Source: Sumerlaeia bacterium (lineage in GTDB: Bacteria; Sumerlaeota; Sumerlaeia; SLMS01; JAHLLQ01). Taken from it: a stretch of 64,000 bases of DNA. The stretch covers positions 1 to 64,000 of the forward strand of contig JAVJSW010000004.1 of assembly GCA_040219255.1 (NCBI GenBank), given 5' to 3'. Below the pieces are notes generated by a model. That model did not search any database. It was not told the DNA's origin and worked only from the letters and a program-made list of their open reading frames with translations. The translations under genes were made by a program, and so were the position numbers. Positions 8,516 through 18,474 of the stretch are shown here, piece by piece (the first letter of the stretch is position 1; each line of letters begins with the position of its first letter).

Positions 8516-9351
8516 TTAACTTTTCTTGCTACTAGGTAACAGATATTGCCTTTTCGCTTTGGCCACCCAAATTTCTGGAAGTAGATTCCCAAATCATCTT
8601 TCTGCTCATCACTCCCAAATACCATTTCCTCACAGCGTTCTATCTCGATTTCGAAACCAACTTCCGCCAACACTTCTTTCATAAAGCTTACGAAGGAGCC
8701 GGCTTTGTCGTTATTGTCGACATACAAGACTTGAGCGCCTACCTTGGCTTGAGTCAGGATGTGCTTAAAAAAGTTCTTCGCGACAGTGCGGTTGTAATAG
8801 ATCTCAGATATAAAATATGAAAAGGTATACAAGTCTATATTACTGAAGGAACGATCCCTCCAATCACTGCTGTTCAAGATGTCAATTGGTTGGAAAATGG
8901 GATAAATTCGAAAATTGTCGTCCAAGTGCGTCCCAATTTCGGCCCAGCTTTCTCCCCACAAAGGCTCCTTGTCATATAGATAGAATGTGACTTTCGCTGA
9001 ATTGCCAAAAAGGATCATGTACTTCAGAATTCCTATTAAATCACTTCCAGGTCCTCCTCCAACACAGGCGATCTTCAAAGTATCTCTGTCGAACAACTTT
9101 GCTAAAGATGACCGAGGTATTATTTTGTTTATATAATCTGAGTGAGCCGTGGTATATTTATATATATAAGCGAAACGCATTTCCGGCCTTCTATAGTCGA
9201 TAGGGACTCTGCCTACGTGTGCCAAGTTCTTGTACTCGTGTTGTAGCAATTTCAGACAGTTGTTGATCGTGACATCCTTGACTAAATCACTACCAGGGAT
9301 CTTTGGGTAGAGATCGTCTAGCGCCTTTTGAATCAGCTGAAAAATCTGCAT
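8512..9351 (-). CDS. Hypothetical class I SAM-dependent methyltransferase-like protein
   Basis: Motif-I-like IACVGGGPGSD, acidic YLYDKE and FSYFISEI; AT-rich; overlaps the DUF1848 start. Confidence 0.7.
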   Translation of the reverse strand: MQIFQLIQKALDDLYPKIPGSDLVKDVTINNCLKLLQHEYKNLAHVGRVPIDYRRPEMRFAYIYKYTTAHSDYINKIIPRSSLAKLFDRDTLKIACVGGGPGSDLIGILKYMILFGNSAKVTFYLYDKEPLWGESWAEIGTHLDDNFRIYPIFQPIDILNSSDWRDRSFSNIDLYTFSYFISEIYYNRTVAKNFFKHILTQAKVGAQVLYVDNNDKAGSFVSFMKEVLAEVGFEIEIERCEEMVFGSDEQKDDLGIYFQKFGWPKRKGNICYLVARKVK

Positions 9352-9391
9352 AGTTGACTCCTGTCGAAAATTTCAACCTTGAGTACAACGA

Positions 9392-11065
9392 TTAGCCAAT
9401 TCTGTCAACCACCATCAGCGCAACAGGAACGATCCGCTCGCGGTGTCCGGTATCGCTCGGGATGTTGGCCACGGTGGCGGCGAGGCCGGGGCGGAGTTGT
9501 TGCATGGGCGAGAGGCCTTCGATGCACATGACGCTGGAGCCGCCGCCGTCGAGGTTCATGGCTTGGCGGCAGCCGAGGCGCGCCATGAGGCGGGCGAGTT
9601 CGGAGAGGGACATGCCGACGCTGTGGGTCATGTCGGCGCGGCCGTCGATGACGGCGAGGACCCATTCGCCGTCGCCGGAGATGCCGATGGCGGTGCGGGG
9701 GGCGCGGGTGGTTTCCGTTTCGTAGGGGAAGCGGGTGGGGGCGGGGCCGACGCCGTTTTCATCGGGGGCGTGGAATTCGCCGGCGGCCCAGGGCGCGAGC
9801 ATGTCGGCGCCGGAGATGACGCGGCCGTCGTTGAGCAGTTTGGGCCCGGCGCTGACGACCCAGTCCAGGTCGGCGTTGGCGCGGGAGGTGAGGAGGGACA
9901 TGCGCCAGCGGGGAAAGGGCGCTTCGCGGCTCATTTCGCGGGGGCCGGTCTTGGGGCTGTCGAGCCAGGAGAGCCAGGGGTCGGCGATGTCGCCGGCGAG
10001 GCGGACGATGGCGCCGCCGAGGGGCGGCTGGACTTCGCCGGGGCGCACCGGATGGACGAGGCCGGCGCCGCAGAAGACGAGGTCGACCTCGGGCCAGTTG
10101 GCGCGGGGGTCGGGCAGGGGGCCGTCGAAATGGCGCCAGACGGTGGCGGCGGCGTGGGGTTCGTCGATGCCGAGAACGAGGCGATAGGGGGCCTCGCCGT
10201 TGACCGAGAGGGCGATGTCGCTGGGGCCGAGGAGTTCGATGCGGCGCTCGCCGTCTTTCCATTCGATGGCGGCGGGGCGCTCGATCCAGGGGGGCATCTG
10301 GAGCTGGCCGTCGGCGAAGAGGGCGCCGATGGGCTGATGCAGGGCGGAGAGGCCGTCGTCCTCGTATTCCTCGGGGAAATTGAGGAAGTAGCCGGCGTTG
10401 GTGGCGGCGTGGACGGCGCCGTCGGCCTGGACGCTCCAACTCGGGGGGAAGGCGGGCAGGAAACGGGCGACGCGGATGTCGCCGGTGGTGGTGCCTTCCG
10501 AGAGGCGGGGTTCGAGTTCGGGGAGGCAGGCGTAATTGTCCGCATTGTCGAAATCGAATTCGTCGGATTCGATGGCGCGCTGCAATTCGAGGAGGTCTTC
10601 CCACGGGCCGCGGGGGGCGCCGGGGCGGGCGCAGACGAGGTTGCGCATGTTGACGAAGAGGCGGGGGATTTTTTCGCCGCGGTCGATGCGGATGGCTCCC
10701 GCCGCCCAGACGGTCTGCCAGTAGGCGTTGTCGATGGCTTCGAAATCGACGAGGCCCGGGTTGGTCATGGCGATGGAGGGCCGGACCTGGGCGCGGCAGT
10801 TGCGGCGCACGCGCAGTTCGTTGACGCACAGTCCTTCGTCCTCGCCGGTGGCGCCGTTGGTCCATCCGAGGCGGCGGCGGCGCCAGGTGACTCCGGGGCA
10901 AAGCTCGGCCTTTTCGTCTTCGACTCTCTCGAAGGAGCCGCGCTGGCAGGCGATGCCGAGAATGCCCTCGACAGTGAGGCGGTCGAGGGGCCGGGGACCA
11001 AGATGGAGGGAGGAAAGCATATGGCGATTCAAGAGCGTCTCGGGATGGGCGGGGTGGAGGGTCAT
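9392..11065 (-). CDS. Phosphodiester glycosidase (NAGPA) family protein
   Basis: NAGYF, SAGPKLL, PRTAIG, IDGR, GMSLSELA and AMNLDGGGSS. Confidence 0.85.
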   Translation of the reverse strand: MTLHPAHPETLLNRHMLSSLHLGPRPLDRLTVEGILGIACQRGSFERVEDEKAELCPGVTWRRRRLGWTNGATGEDEGLCVNELRVRRNCRAQVRPSIAMTNPGLVDFEAIDNAYWQTVWAAGAIRIDRGEKIPRLFVNMRNLVCARPGAPRGPWEDLLELQRAIESDEFDFDNADNYACLPELEPRLSEGTTTGDIRVARFLPAFPPSWSVQADGAVHAATNAGYFLNFPEEYEDDGLSALHQPIGALFADGQLQMPPWIERPAAIEWKDGERRIELLGPSDIALSVNGEAPYRLVLGIDEPHAAATVWRHFDGPLPDPRANWPEVDLVFCGAGLVHPVRPGEVQPPLGGAIVRLAGDIADPWLSWLDSPKTGPREMSREAPFPRWRMSLLTSRANADLDWVVSAGPKLLNDGRVISGADMLAPWAAGEFHAPDENGVGPAPTRFPYETETTRAPRTAIGISGDGEWVLAVIDGRADMTHSVGMSLSELARLMARLGCRQAMNLDGGGSSVMCIEGLSPMQQLRPGLAATVANIPSDTGHRERIVPVALMVVDRIG

Positions 11066-11271
11066 GAGGGTTTTGTCATACCTTCTGCTGGGGCAGGGGG
11101 CGCAAGAGCGGACGCGAAGTCAACCGGAAGCGGACCGGACGGCCGGCGCAAGCCCCGCGGATTGGGGAACGGGTGTCGAAGGACGAGACCGGAGGGACTC
11201 GGACTAGGTAAGAGGGTGGCGAAGAATTGGGGAAGTGTCAAGGTAAAGGGGTTTATGCCGGCAATGAAAGT

Positions 11272-12807
11272 TTACTCCTGAATCTGGCTCCCCGCCTTCC
11301 GGGTCTGTTCGATGACCCGGCCGATCATCGGCGAACCGGGATAGGTCTCGAGCCCCTGCCGCAGATGCGCCCGCGCGGCCTCGGGCTGGCCCGCCGCCAC
11401 CAGCCCCGCCCCGTAGAGGGCGAAGGCGCGCTCGTCGACGACGCGCTCGTAGGTGACGTCGTCGAAGGGGTAGTCTTGCAGGACGCCGAGGACTTCGACC
11501 CAACGGTTCTCCCCGGCCAGGTAGGTGGCGTAGTTGACGCGCACCTCGCGCGAGTGGGGGCTCGTCAGATAAGCCGTCCGCCACAGCGTCATGTCGTCGC
11601 GCCAGGCGAAGGTCTGCACAAAGGACACGACGAACAGGGCGGTCAGCACCGCGCCGGCCACGACGCCCAGCAACCGGGGCGCGATCACGGCCCGATCCCA
11701 GGCCGCCTGGAACGCCAGCCCGGCCATCAGAGCCACGCCCGCCAGGGGCAGATAGAGAAAGCGCACGGCCATCCACTGCATCGTGGGGACCAGGTTGCTG
11801 ACGGGCAGGAGCGCCACCAGGAACCAGCCGATGCCCAAGACCACAATCCAACGGCGCCGGACGGCGGCCCAAACGGCTCCCGCCAGCGTCGCCGCAAGCA
11901 GTGCGAAACCGAGCACCTTGAGCCAGGGCCCACCCTCGCGCGGGCCGATGTGGGCATATACCAGTTCCATTTTCGATGGCCAGGCGATCAGCCCAAGGTA
12001 GCGGGCGAAGACCTCGCCGTCGGTCCAAAGATCGGCGGCCAGGCTGCCCCCCAATCGGCCCTGGATTTGACTCGTCCCGCCCAGCACGATGTCGCGCAGG
12101 GCGATGAAGACGATCGCGAGCGCTGCCGTCACGGCGATCAAAATGGCGATGCGCTTGACGAAATCCTTACCGGGCCGGTTGCGCAGCGCGAAGGCTCCGC
12201 CCGCCAGGAGCATCAGGGGCGGAAAAGTCACGCCGCTTTCCTTGGTGAGGATGGCGGCGGCGCCCAGGAACGCTCCCCCGGCGGCGCCCTTCCAGGACCG
12301 GCCCAGGCCGAACACGATCCCCCACAGGATCATCGCGGTGCTCATCAGACCGTCGCGCTCTTTGACCCAGACCACCGACTCGGTCTGTACCGGATGGATG
12401 GCGAACAGGGCCGCGGCGATGAAGGCGCCGAGGGCTCTCAGTCCCAGTCTCCGCGCCAACACATAGACGCCGGCCACCGCGATCCCGTGCCACAACAGAT
12501 TCATCGCGTGCCACCAGGGCGCCCAATAGCCGGCGATGCTGTGGTCGATCAGAAAGGCGATGTTGCGCAGCGGCCGCCACATGGTGGGGGGCGTGTTTTC
12601 ACCGAGGCCACTGTGGGCTGCGGTCGTGGAAATCAACGGCCACAGGTTCCCCCAATCGCGAATCGCGGGGTTGTTCACGATGAAGTTGTGGTCGTCGTAG
12701 ACGAATCCGTTGAACAGCGACGGAAAGAACGCGCCCCAGCCCAGCAGCACCGCCGCCAGGACCCAGAAAAGTTCGCGCTTTCGTTGGGGGGAATCGGGAG
12801 CATCCAT
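11272..12807 (-). CDS. TMTC-like GT-C membrane glycosyltransferase with C-terminal TPR
   Basis: NGFVYDD..IVNNP, WRPL, H..NLLWH, LFAIHPVQTESV.W, KES, RFLYLP and W.DD.TLW; ATG at 12807. Confidence 0.85.
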   Translation of the reverse strand: MDAPDSPQRKRELFWVLAAVLLGWGAFFPSLFNGFVYDDHNFIVNNPAIRDWGNLWPLISTTAAHSGLGENTPPTMWRPLRNIAFLIDHSIAGYWAPWWHAMNLLWHGIAVAGVYVLARRLGLRALGAFIAAALFAIHPVQTESVVWVKERDGLMSTAMILWGIVFGLGRSWKGAAGGAFLGAAAILTKESGVTFPPLMLLAGGAFALRNRPGKDFVKRIAILIAVTAALAIVFIALRDIVLGGTSQIQGRLGGSLAADLWTDGEVFARYLGLIAWPSKMELVYAHIGPREGGPWLKVLGFALLAATLAGAVWAAVRRRWIVVLGIGWFLVALLPVSNLVPTMQWMAVRFLYLPLAGVALMAGLAFQAAWDRAVIAPRLLGVVAGAVLTALFVVSFVQTFAWRDDMTLWRTAYLTSPHSREVRVNYATYLAGENRWVEVLGVLQDYPFDDVTYERVVDERAFALYGAGLVAAGQPEAARAHLRQGLETYPGSPMIGRVIEQTRKAGSQIQE

Positions 12808-12990
12808 AGCGCCTACCTCTCCGCGGGAACCCTCCGCGCCGCAAGCGGGAGATAGGCCCGTGAGATTTCCGCCCCTCGCCCGGCGCCGCTTCTCGTTGAA
12901 CCCGTCCCCCGTGCTGTGCTGGGGTGCGAGACGGCTGGGAGGCCGCGGCACCGCATGCTCACGCTCACTGCTCAATCCACCGGCGTGGTG

Positions 12991-13578
12991 ATGACCCTGG
13001 ACGAATGGCACACCTACCTGCTCGTCCTGGTGGCTTTGGTGGTGGGATTGGTGGTCTGGTTCTTCATCCAGCGTTTCGTCCGCAAGCGCATCGAGGCGCA
13101 TGTCCGCTCGATCGAGGAGCATGGCATCGAAATCAACGACTTGAAGCGCATGCAGAAGACCGGGCTGCTGACCGAGGACGAGCTGAAACTGGTGCGCCAA
13201 GCGATGGCCCGCCAGTTCCTGACGGATCAGGACCAGACAGAGGCCAAACGCGCCGGGGGCAAGGCGGGCTTCGACGCGCTGGCACTGCTGCGGATCGAGG
13301 CGGAACGAGCGGATCGCGAGCTGGAGGAACGGCGCCGACAGGGTCTTTCCGCGCCGCCCCCTTCCAGCGGCCCCGCTCCCCGGCCAGGCGCCGATGCCAT
13401 GCCGCCCGCGGCCGCCGCGCCTCCTCCTCCGCAGGCGGAAGCCCCGCCCCCCCTGCCCGCCGCTCTGCAGCCCATGACCACACTCTCCGACATCGAACTG
13501 GAGGACCTATGCAACGCCGGTTTGCTCAGTCCCGACGACATGGAACGAATCCAACAGCACCGCGAGCGTTCCGCATGA
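12991..13578 (+). CDS. Hypothetical membrane-anchored protein with two SHOCT-like helical segments
   Basis: N-terminal TM; LKRMQKTGLLTEDE and LEDLCNAGLLSPDD; ATGA overlap with the next gene. Confidence 0.7.
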   Translation: MTLDEWHTYLLVLVALVVGLVVWFFIQRFVRKRIEAHVRSIEEHGIEINDLKRMQKTGLLTEDELKLVRQAMARQFLTDQDQTEAKRAGGKAGFDALALLRIEAERADRELEERRRQGLSAPPPSSGPAPRPGADAMPPAAAAPPPPQAEAPPPLPAALQPMTTLSDIELEDLCNAGLLSPDDMERIQQHRERSA

Positions 13579-15653
13579 GGTCCCGGCGCCTGCCGGTTCT
13601 CGCGTGGTGCCTGGTGATGGGCTGCCTGCTTGTGTCCGTGGGCTGCGCCGGCAAGCGGCCGCCTCGCCTGCCCGAGGCCGCCAGGGACGAGGACCTGGCC
13701 ACCCGGACCGCCCTCCGGGCGTCTCTGGCGGGCAACGAGCGCGCCGTAATGGAACTGGCCCGCGACCGCGCCGCCTTCGAGGAATCCGAGGCTGTTTCCC
13801 GCACTTCCCCTATCGCCGGGGACATCGCCGCCCTGGCCGCCGCCACGGAACGCCCCTTGCCCGATCACCGGGAAACCCGCGCGCTGCTGGGGGAATTCGA
13901 GGACTCGGACCGCGAAGCGCGCGTTATGGAGCGCCTCCTGAGGCGCATCGAGCCATCGCAGCGCTTCCGCCAGGCCCGCATCGAGCGCCTCTACAGCCAC
14001 CGCATCGGCGTGGCCGACTCCGTAATGCGCGCGGCCTACGGAATGCTGACCTTGAATTGGTGGCAGTTCGTCTCCCTGCCCTTCGAGGGTCTGGAATACC
14101 TCGCCGTGGGCCGGCCCTACGTGGACCCGCTTCAGCGCCGGGAACTGGCCGCGGCCCAGCAAATGGAGGAGGTTCTGGACGGCGCGCCGGAGGAAGCGCG
14201 CCAGCGCATCCGCCAACTCGCCGAACGCCGCGCCAAACTCGCCCGCCAGCAGGCTCGCCTCAACGCCAAGCGCGCCGCCCGCTCCGGGCGCCTCGACACC
14301 GCCGACTGGTGGTATCGCCGCGAAATGGATCTGCTGGGCCGCGACCGGCCCGTGCGCGGCGCTCACGAGGACGTCCTCGACCGCATGAACGCCCTCTATC
14401 GCGAGCGCCGCCTCGACGTCTCGGTCGAGGAAAACGGCGAGGATTTCGCCCAGCCCCAGGAAGCCCTCGCCTATCGCGGCCTCGTTCGCGCCCTCGCCAT
14501 CGACCCAGCCTCCGCCGCCACAAAGCAGCGAGCCGAAAAACTCCTGGGCGATTTTCCCCAATCCTCCGCCGCCGACGAAGCCATGGCCACCCTGGCGGTG
14601 CACGACCGTCTGAGCGGCGCCATCTGGCGCAATCCTTCCCTGCGCGCACTCGACGCCTCGGGCGACAGCGTCTGGGCCGCGAAAGCCGCCGCCTATCGGG
14701 ATCGCCCCGACTTCGACCCGGAGGAGGCTTTCGACCACGCCGCCGCCACCTACCGCCGCCGCCTCTGGCGCTACATCGCCACCGGCGAAAACCCCTATCG
14801 CGAAGAACGCCACCTGACCGCCGAGCAAACCCGCCTGCGCGCCCTGACCCCCGTGCGCGCCGCCCGCTCCCTTTTTGTCTTCGACGTCATCAGCCGCGCG
14901 CTCACCCTGCCCTTCCTGAGCCCCATCCCCCGCGACGAACTCTTCGACGCCCTGAACAACGCCCCCACCGGATGGCTCGAAACCGATGAGGGCCGCCATT
15001 GGATGGAGGAAGTCGCCGAATCCTACGCCGACGTCCGCCGCTACGATCAAGCCGCCCAGGTCTATCGCTTCATGGACGAAGCGAAGGACGCCGCGCGCAT
15101 GGAAACCAAAGCGGCCCGCGCCCTGGAAAGACGCGCCAGCGAAACCCAAAGCCCCCTCGTCCGCGCCGACCTTTACCAGCGCCTCCTCGACGACTACCGC
15201 ACCTATCCCAAGCGCGCCCGCGTGCGGGAAAAACTCGAAGAAACCCGACTCGACATCGACACCGTCGCCCGCGTCACGCGCGCCGAACTGCGGGCCTATC
15301 CCGATCTCGCCGAGACACTGGCCATCGACCCCAAACTTTTCGACGGCGACTCGGACAATGGCGAGATGGACAAGGCGGGCGTCCGGATTCTCGCCTCCTC
15401 ATCCATCACCTACGAAGAAAAAAAATCGGGCCGTGTCGTCAGCCGCAGCATCTCGCCCTCTGTCAAGGACGACGCGGTCGCCCTCCTTGGCGCGTACCGC
15501 GTCCTGACCCAGCGCCAGGAACTGGCCGGCGAGTCGGATCGCCTGCCGCTTCTGCCCCTCGCCATCCAGGGCGGATTCCTCCCCGGCTTCAGCCTCCTCC
15601 CCCAGCTCATCCCTCCCCCGCCGGACTACCGCGAGATGCGGTATTATGAGTAA
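13575..15653 (+). CDS. Large hypothetical helical/TPR-like lipoprotein
   Basis: Signal peptide ending in lipobox-like VSVG-C; ATGA-coupled to the upstream gene; host-like codon bias. Confidence 0.75.
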   Translation: MRSRRLPVLAWCLVMGCLLVSVGCAGKRPPRLPEAARDEDLATRTALRASLAGNERAVMELARDRAAFEESEAVSRTSPIAGDIAALAAATERPLPDHRETRALLGEFEDSDREARVMERLLRRIEPSQRFRQARIERLYSHRIGVADSVMRAAYGMLTLNWWQFVSLPFEGLEYLAVGRPYVDPLQRRELAAAQQMEEVLDGAPEEARQRIRQLAERRAKLARQQARLNAKRAARSGRLDTADWWYRREMDLLGRDRPVRGAHEDVLDRMNALYRERRLDVSVEENGEDFAQPQEALAYRGLVRALAIDPASAATKQRAEKLLGDFPQSSAADEAMATLAVHDRLSGAIWRNPSLRALDASGDSVWAAKAAAYRDRPDFDPEEAFDHAAATYRRRLWRYIATGENPYREERHLTAEQTRLRALTPVRAARSLFVFDVISRALTLPFLSPIPRDELFDALNNAPTGWLETDEGRHWMEEVAESYADVRRYDQAAQVYRFMDEAKDAARMETKAARALERRASETQSPLVRADLYQRLLDDYRTYPKRARVREKLEETRLDIDTVARVTRAELRAYPDLAETLAIDPKLFDGDSDNGEMDKAGVRILASSSITYEEKKSGRVVSRSISPSVKDDAVALLGAYRVLTQRQELAGESDRLPLLPLAIQGGFLPGFSLLPQLIPPPPDYREMRYYE

Positions 15654-16377
15654 CGCTCTGCGGTTCCTGCACCGCCTCTGGTCCAGAACGCCACGAAGAA
15701 TCTGGATGGTATTGCTCCCCTCGCTCCTTGTGGCGACTGGCGTTGTGTCCGCTCAATCCGTGAAGTGGTATGACTTGCATGTTCGCCTCGCCAAGGCCGA
15801 ATCGCGGCTGCACCGATTGTGCGTCGCCGTGGAAGCGATGAAGGTCGATATGTGCCGGGTCTTTCCTCCAGAAGCCGGGAATGCCCCGCCCACGATGCTG
15901 ACCACTCCAATAGCCTATCTCGCTCCGATTCCGAGCGACCCCTTCGGCAACGGGCAGGAGCCTTTCTTCTACGCCATTTCATCAATGGAGCGATGCAATC
16001 AAAGCTACATTCTGGCATCGCGTGGACCGGATCGGGACCTCGATCTGAGTCGGCTCCCGGCAACAGAGCAATTCTATCCCACAACAGCGGTCCACCGTGC
16101 AGTTTACTACCTGGAACGAGGACGCTTTGAGTCCTGGAAGCCGGACCATCGCGATAACTCAGCCGCCCCCCGCTATTCGCCACCGTACATGCTCAGAGTC
16201 CTTCCCGATGACCTGGAAACCTCGCTGCAGTTGGGAACCCGCGACGAGAAGCGGCGATGCCTGTCGGAGTTTCTACATACCCACGGCGTCGCGATCTACG
16301 ATCCAACGAACGGAGCCACGAGTGACGGAGATGTCATTTATTGGGAAATGGATTCGGCCAAGCCATGGGAGGATTAG
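15646..16377 (+). CDS. Pseudopilin/GspG-like protein without the prepilin cleavage motif
   Basis: LTTPIAYL..IPSDPF, YILASRGPDRD and YDPTNGATSDGDV; N-terminal hydrophobic helix lacks G/FTLIE. Confidence 0.7.
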   Translation: MSNALRFLHRLWSRTPRRIWMVLLPSLLVATGVVSAQSVKWYDLHVRLAKAESRLHRLCVAVEAMKVDMCRVFPPEAGNAPPTMLTTPIAYLAPIPSDPFGNGQEPFFYAISSMERCNQSYILASRGPDRDLDLSRLPATEQFYPTTAVHRAVYYLERGRFESWKPDHRDNSAAPRYSPPYMLRVLPDDLETSLQLGTRDEKRRCLSEFLHTHGVAIYDPTNGATSDGDVIYWEMDSAKPWED

Positions 16378-17117
16378 GCTAACAAGTCCGAGACGCAAAC
16401 GACCTTATCCGTCACATCCCCCAGCGCCTGCGCTCCCGTCTCGATCAATACTTCCTGCAGATCCGGCCACAGCGCCGAGCCGACGAACTTCTGGTTGATT
16501 TCCAGTTCCACCGTCACCACTTCGTCCTCGCCGAAACGGCCCCGCAACTCGTTCGACAGACAATCGAGGACTCCCTTGTAGGGCGCGTTGAGGTGCACCG
16601 CGAGGCCGGGCATGGCGCGGCGCAGGAGCCGTTGCCAACGGCGGCAAAGAGCCACCTCGCGCTCGAAGGACGGATCGCAGAGGAGGCCGATTTCCGTGCG
16701 CCGCTCTTTGCCATCGAGCGCGGGTGTGAAGCTGTGGAGGCCAATGTGGTAGACCGGCGGACCCTGCTGCTCGAGGAGCATGCCGAGGGCGCTGGCGATC
16801 ATTTGGCGGTGCGGGTGATAGTGATCGCGCAGGACGGCGGCGCGCTCGGCGCCAGAGAGCTTCTTGGTGAGGGCGCTGAAAAGCCCGCGATGGCCCAGGT
16901 TGCGGTTCAAATCGCACAGCAGTCGGGTCGTTTCGCAGGCGACCAGCGGCACCTTGAGGGTCCGCGCCATGTGGCGGCCGAAATCGAGCGTTCCCGGATC
17001 CCAGCCGCGGTGGCTGTCGAGCAGGGATCTCTGTCCGGCGAAAAGGCCCCGGTATCCCTCCGGCACGTGGTTGCCTCCGTGCTCACAGGTCAGCAGCAGC
17101 CCCGGTAGCTCACGCAT
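16374..17117 (-). CDS. N-formylglutamate amidohydrolase family protein
   Basis: TCEHGGN.VP, HRGWDPG, TRLLCDLNR, HSFTP, NAPY and ELEINQ. Confidence 0.9.
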   Translation of the reverse strand: MRELPGLLLTCEHGGNHVPEGYRGLFAGQRSLLDSHRGWDPGTLDFGRHMARTLKVPLVACETTRLLCDLNRNLGHRGLFSALTKKLSGAERAAVLRDHYHPHRQMIASALGMLLEQQGPPVYHIGLHSFTPALDGKERRTEIGLLCDPSFEREVALCRRWQRLLRRAMPGLAVHLNAPYKGVLDCLSNELRGRFGEDEVVTVELEINQKFVGSALWPDLQEVLIETGAQALGDVTDKVVCVSDLLA

Positions 17118-18474
17118 CGAAAATCCGGCCTTCGTCCAGGCAGAGGCAAAGTTCGCGGTACACGTCGCGGATGTGCTCGGCCGCGGGGGTCTTGCCCACG
17201 GCCCGCAGAATCCGGGTCGCCAGCGGCCCGCGGCGGTGGATGTGACGCAGCACCGCCGTGGTTCCGGCGTCGATACCGGAGGCGTTCTCGTCGATGTCGA
17301 GGCCGGCGAACTCCAGCAGGTGGGCCCAGATGTCCTCCAAAGTCCACAGGGTCCGGTCGCGGCAGCCGAGAACGCTGAGGTATCCGGGGTTGAAGACGAG
17401 CGCCTTCGGCCCCGCGTCGATCGCCCGCATCAGCACGTCGGCCAGCACCCCGGTGGAGATCGTTTTCTGATCCTCGTAGGGGCAGAGGTTTTCCTCCACC
17501 AGGCACCAGATGGCGCCGACGATGGCGTTGACGATCGCCAGGTCCGCCTTGGGACATTCCTGGATATCCATGATGCGGATTTCGATGCTGCCCCGGGTGA
17601 AGCGCGCGATGGCCCCCCGGGCATTGAGCCATTCGTGGCGAAGCACTCCCTCGGGATCGAGAGGCGACACATCCGACCACATCTGTTTCAAAATGTCACG
17701 CCGGTAGGTTTCCGGATCGAAGATCGGTTCTGGAATCACCGCGCCGGTGACGCTCGGGATGCGGCGGCAGTTGTTGCGATAGGCGTCCAGCCGATTGTCC
17801 AGCCGCGTCGTCACATGTCCGCCAAAGATCGGGCTGCTCGCCGCCAGGGCGGGAATCAACGGCAGAATGAGCCGCACCGCCGCATGCAGCCGGCCGAACT
17901 CCTCCGGCCCCTGAAATGGCAGGTTGATGTGCGTGCTCTGAAGGTTCGACCAGCCGTGGCCCTTGCAATCGAAGATGCGGTCGAAGGTGCGGTAAACGTC
18001 CGTGTTCTCGTGCGGCCACAGCTTGGTTTCCTTCAGCGGGTCCATCCACGGGTGCATCGCGCCGGGCATCAGGCACGCGCCCAACCCCTCGAGCATTCCG
18101 TTGGCCTTCTTCACCGACGCCTGAAAGTGATCCGCCAGACGGTTGAGCGTGGGTGCCGGTCCATCGGTTTTCATCTCGAGAACGTGGAGCACCAGTTCGT
18201 TGCTCCAGGCGATGCCGTTCTCGACGCTGATTTCCGATTCGACTTCGTCGCTGGAGCCGGCGCGCGCCATGAGTTCATCGCAGATCGGCGCCACGTTGAG
18301 GGAATCGCGCCGCACGATCATGTACTCGAGTTCGACGCCGAAACCCTCGAACAGGCGCAGCGGCCCGTCCGGATCGGGCGCGGTCGCGGGATCGGCCGCC
18401 GCCCGGGATGCCTCGGGGGCGAAGGGGGATGTTTTCTCGTCTGCCGGGGGACGATGTTCCGTCACGTTCTCCAT
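17110..18474 (-). CDS. Glutamate--cysteine ligase (GCS2/YbdK-like) carboxylate-amine ligase
   Basis: GVELEYMIV, NELVLHVLEMKT, GAMHP, NLQSTHINLP, NARGAIARF and IEIRIMD; ATG at 18474. Confidence 0.9.
   Translation of the reverse strand: MENVTEHRPPADEKTSPFAPEASRAAADPATAPDPDGPLRLFEGFGVELEYMIVRRDSLNVAPICDELMARAGSSDEVESEISVENGIAWSNELVLHVLEMKTDGPAPTLNRLADHFQASVKKANGMLEGLGACLMPGAMHPWMDPLKETKLWPHENTDVYRTFDRIFDCKGHGWSNLQSTHINLPFQGPEEFGRLHAAVRLILPLIPALAASSPIFGGHVTTRLDNRLDAYRNNCRRIPSVTGAVIPEPIFDPETYRRDILKQMWSDVSPLDPEGVLRHEWLNARGAIARFTRGSIEIRIMDIQECPKADLAIVNAIVGAIWCLVEENLCPYEDQKTISTGVLADVLMRAIDAGPKALVFNPGYLSVLGCRDRTLWTLEDIWAHLLEFAGLDIDENASGIDAGTTAVLRHIHRRGPLATRILRAVGKTPAAEHIRDVYRELCLCLDEGRIFDA

Noticed and set aside
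9443-11281. Long antisense or alternative-frame ORFs (for example 9443..11281, 13227..15149, 23923..25950, 33106..34809, 44332..46878)
   Set aside because: Shadow ORFs expected in high-GC DNA; they overlap well-supported genes and show no recognisable motifs
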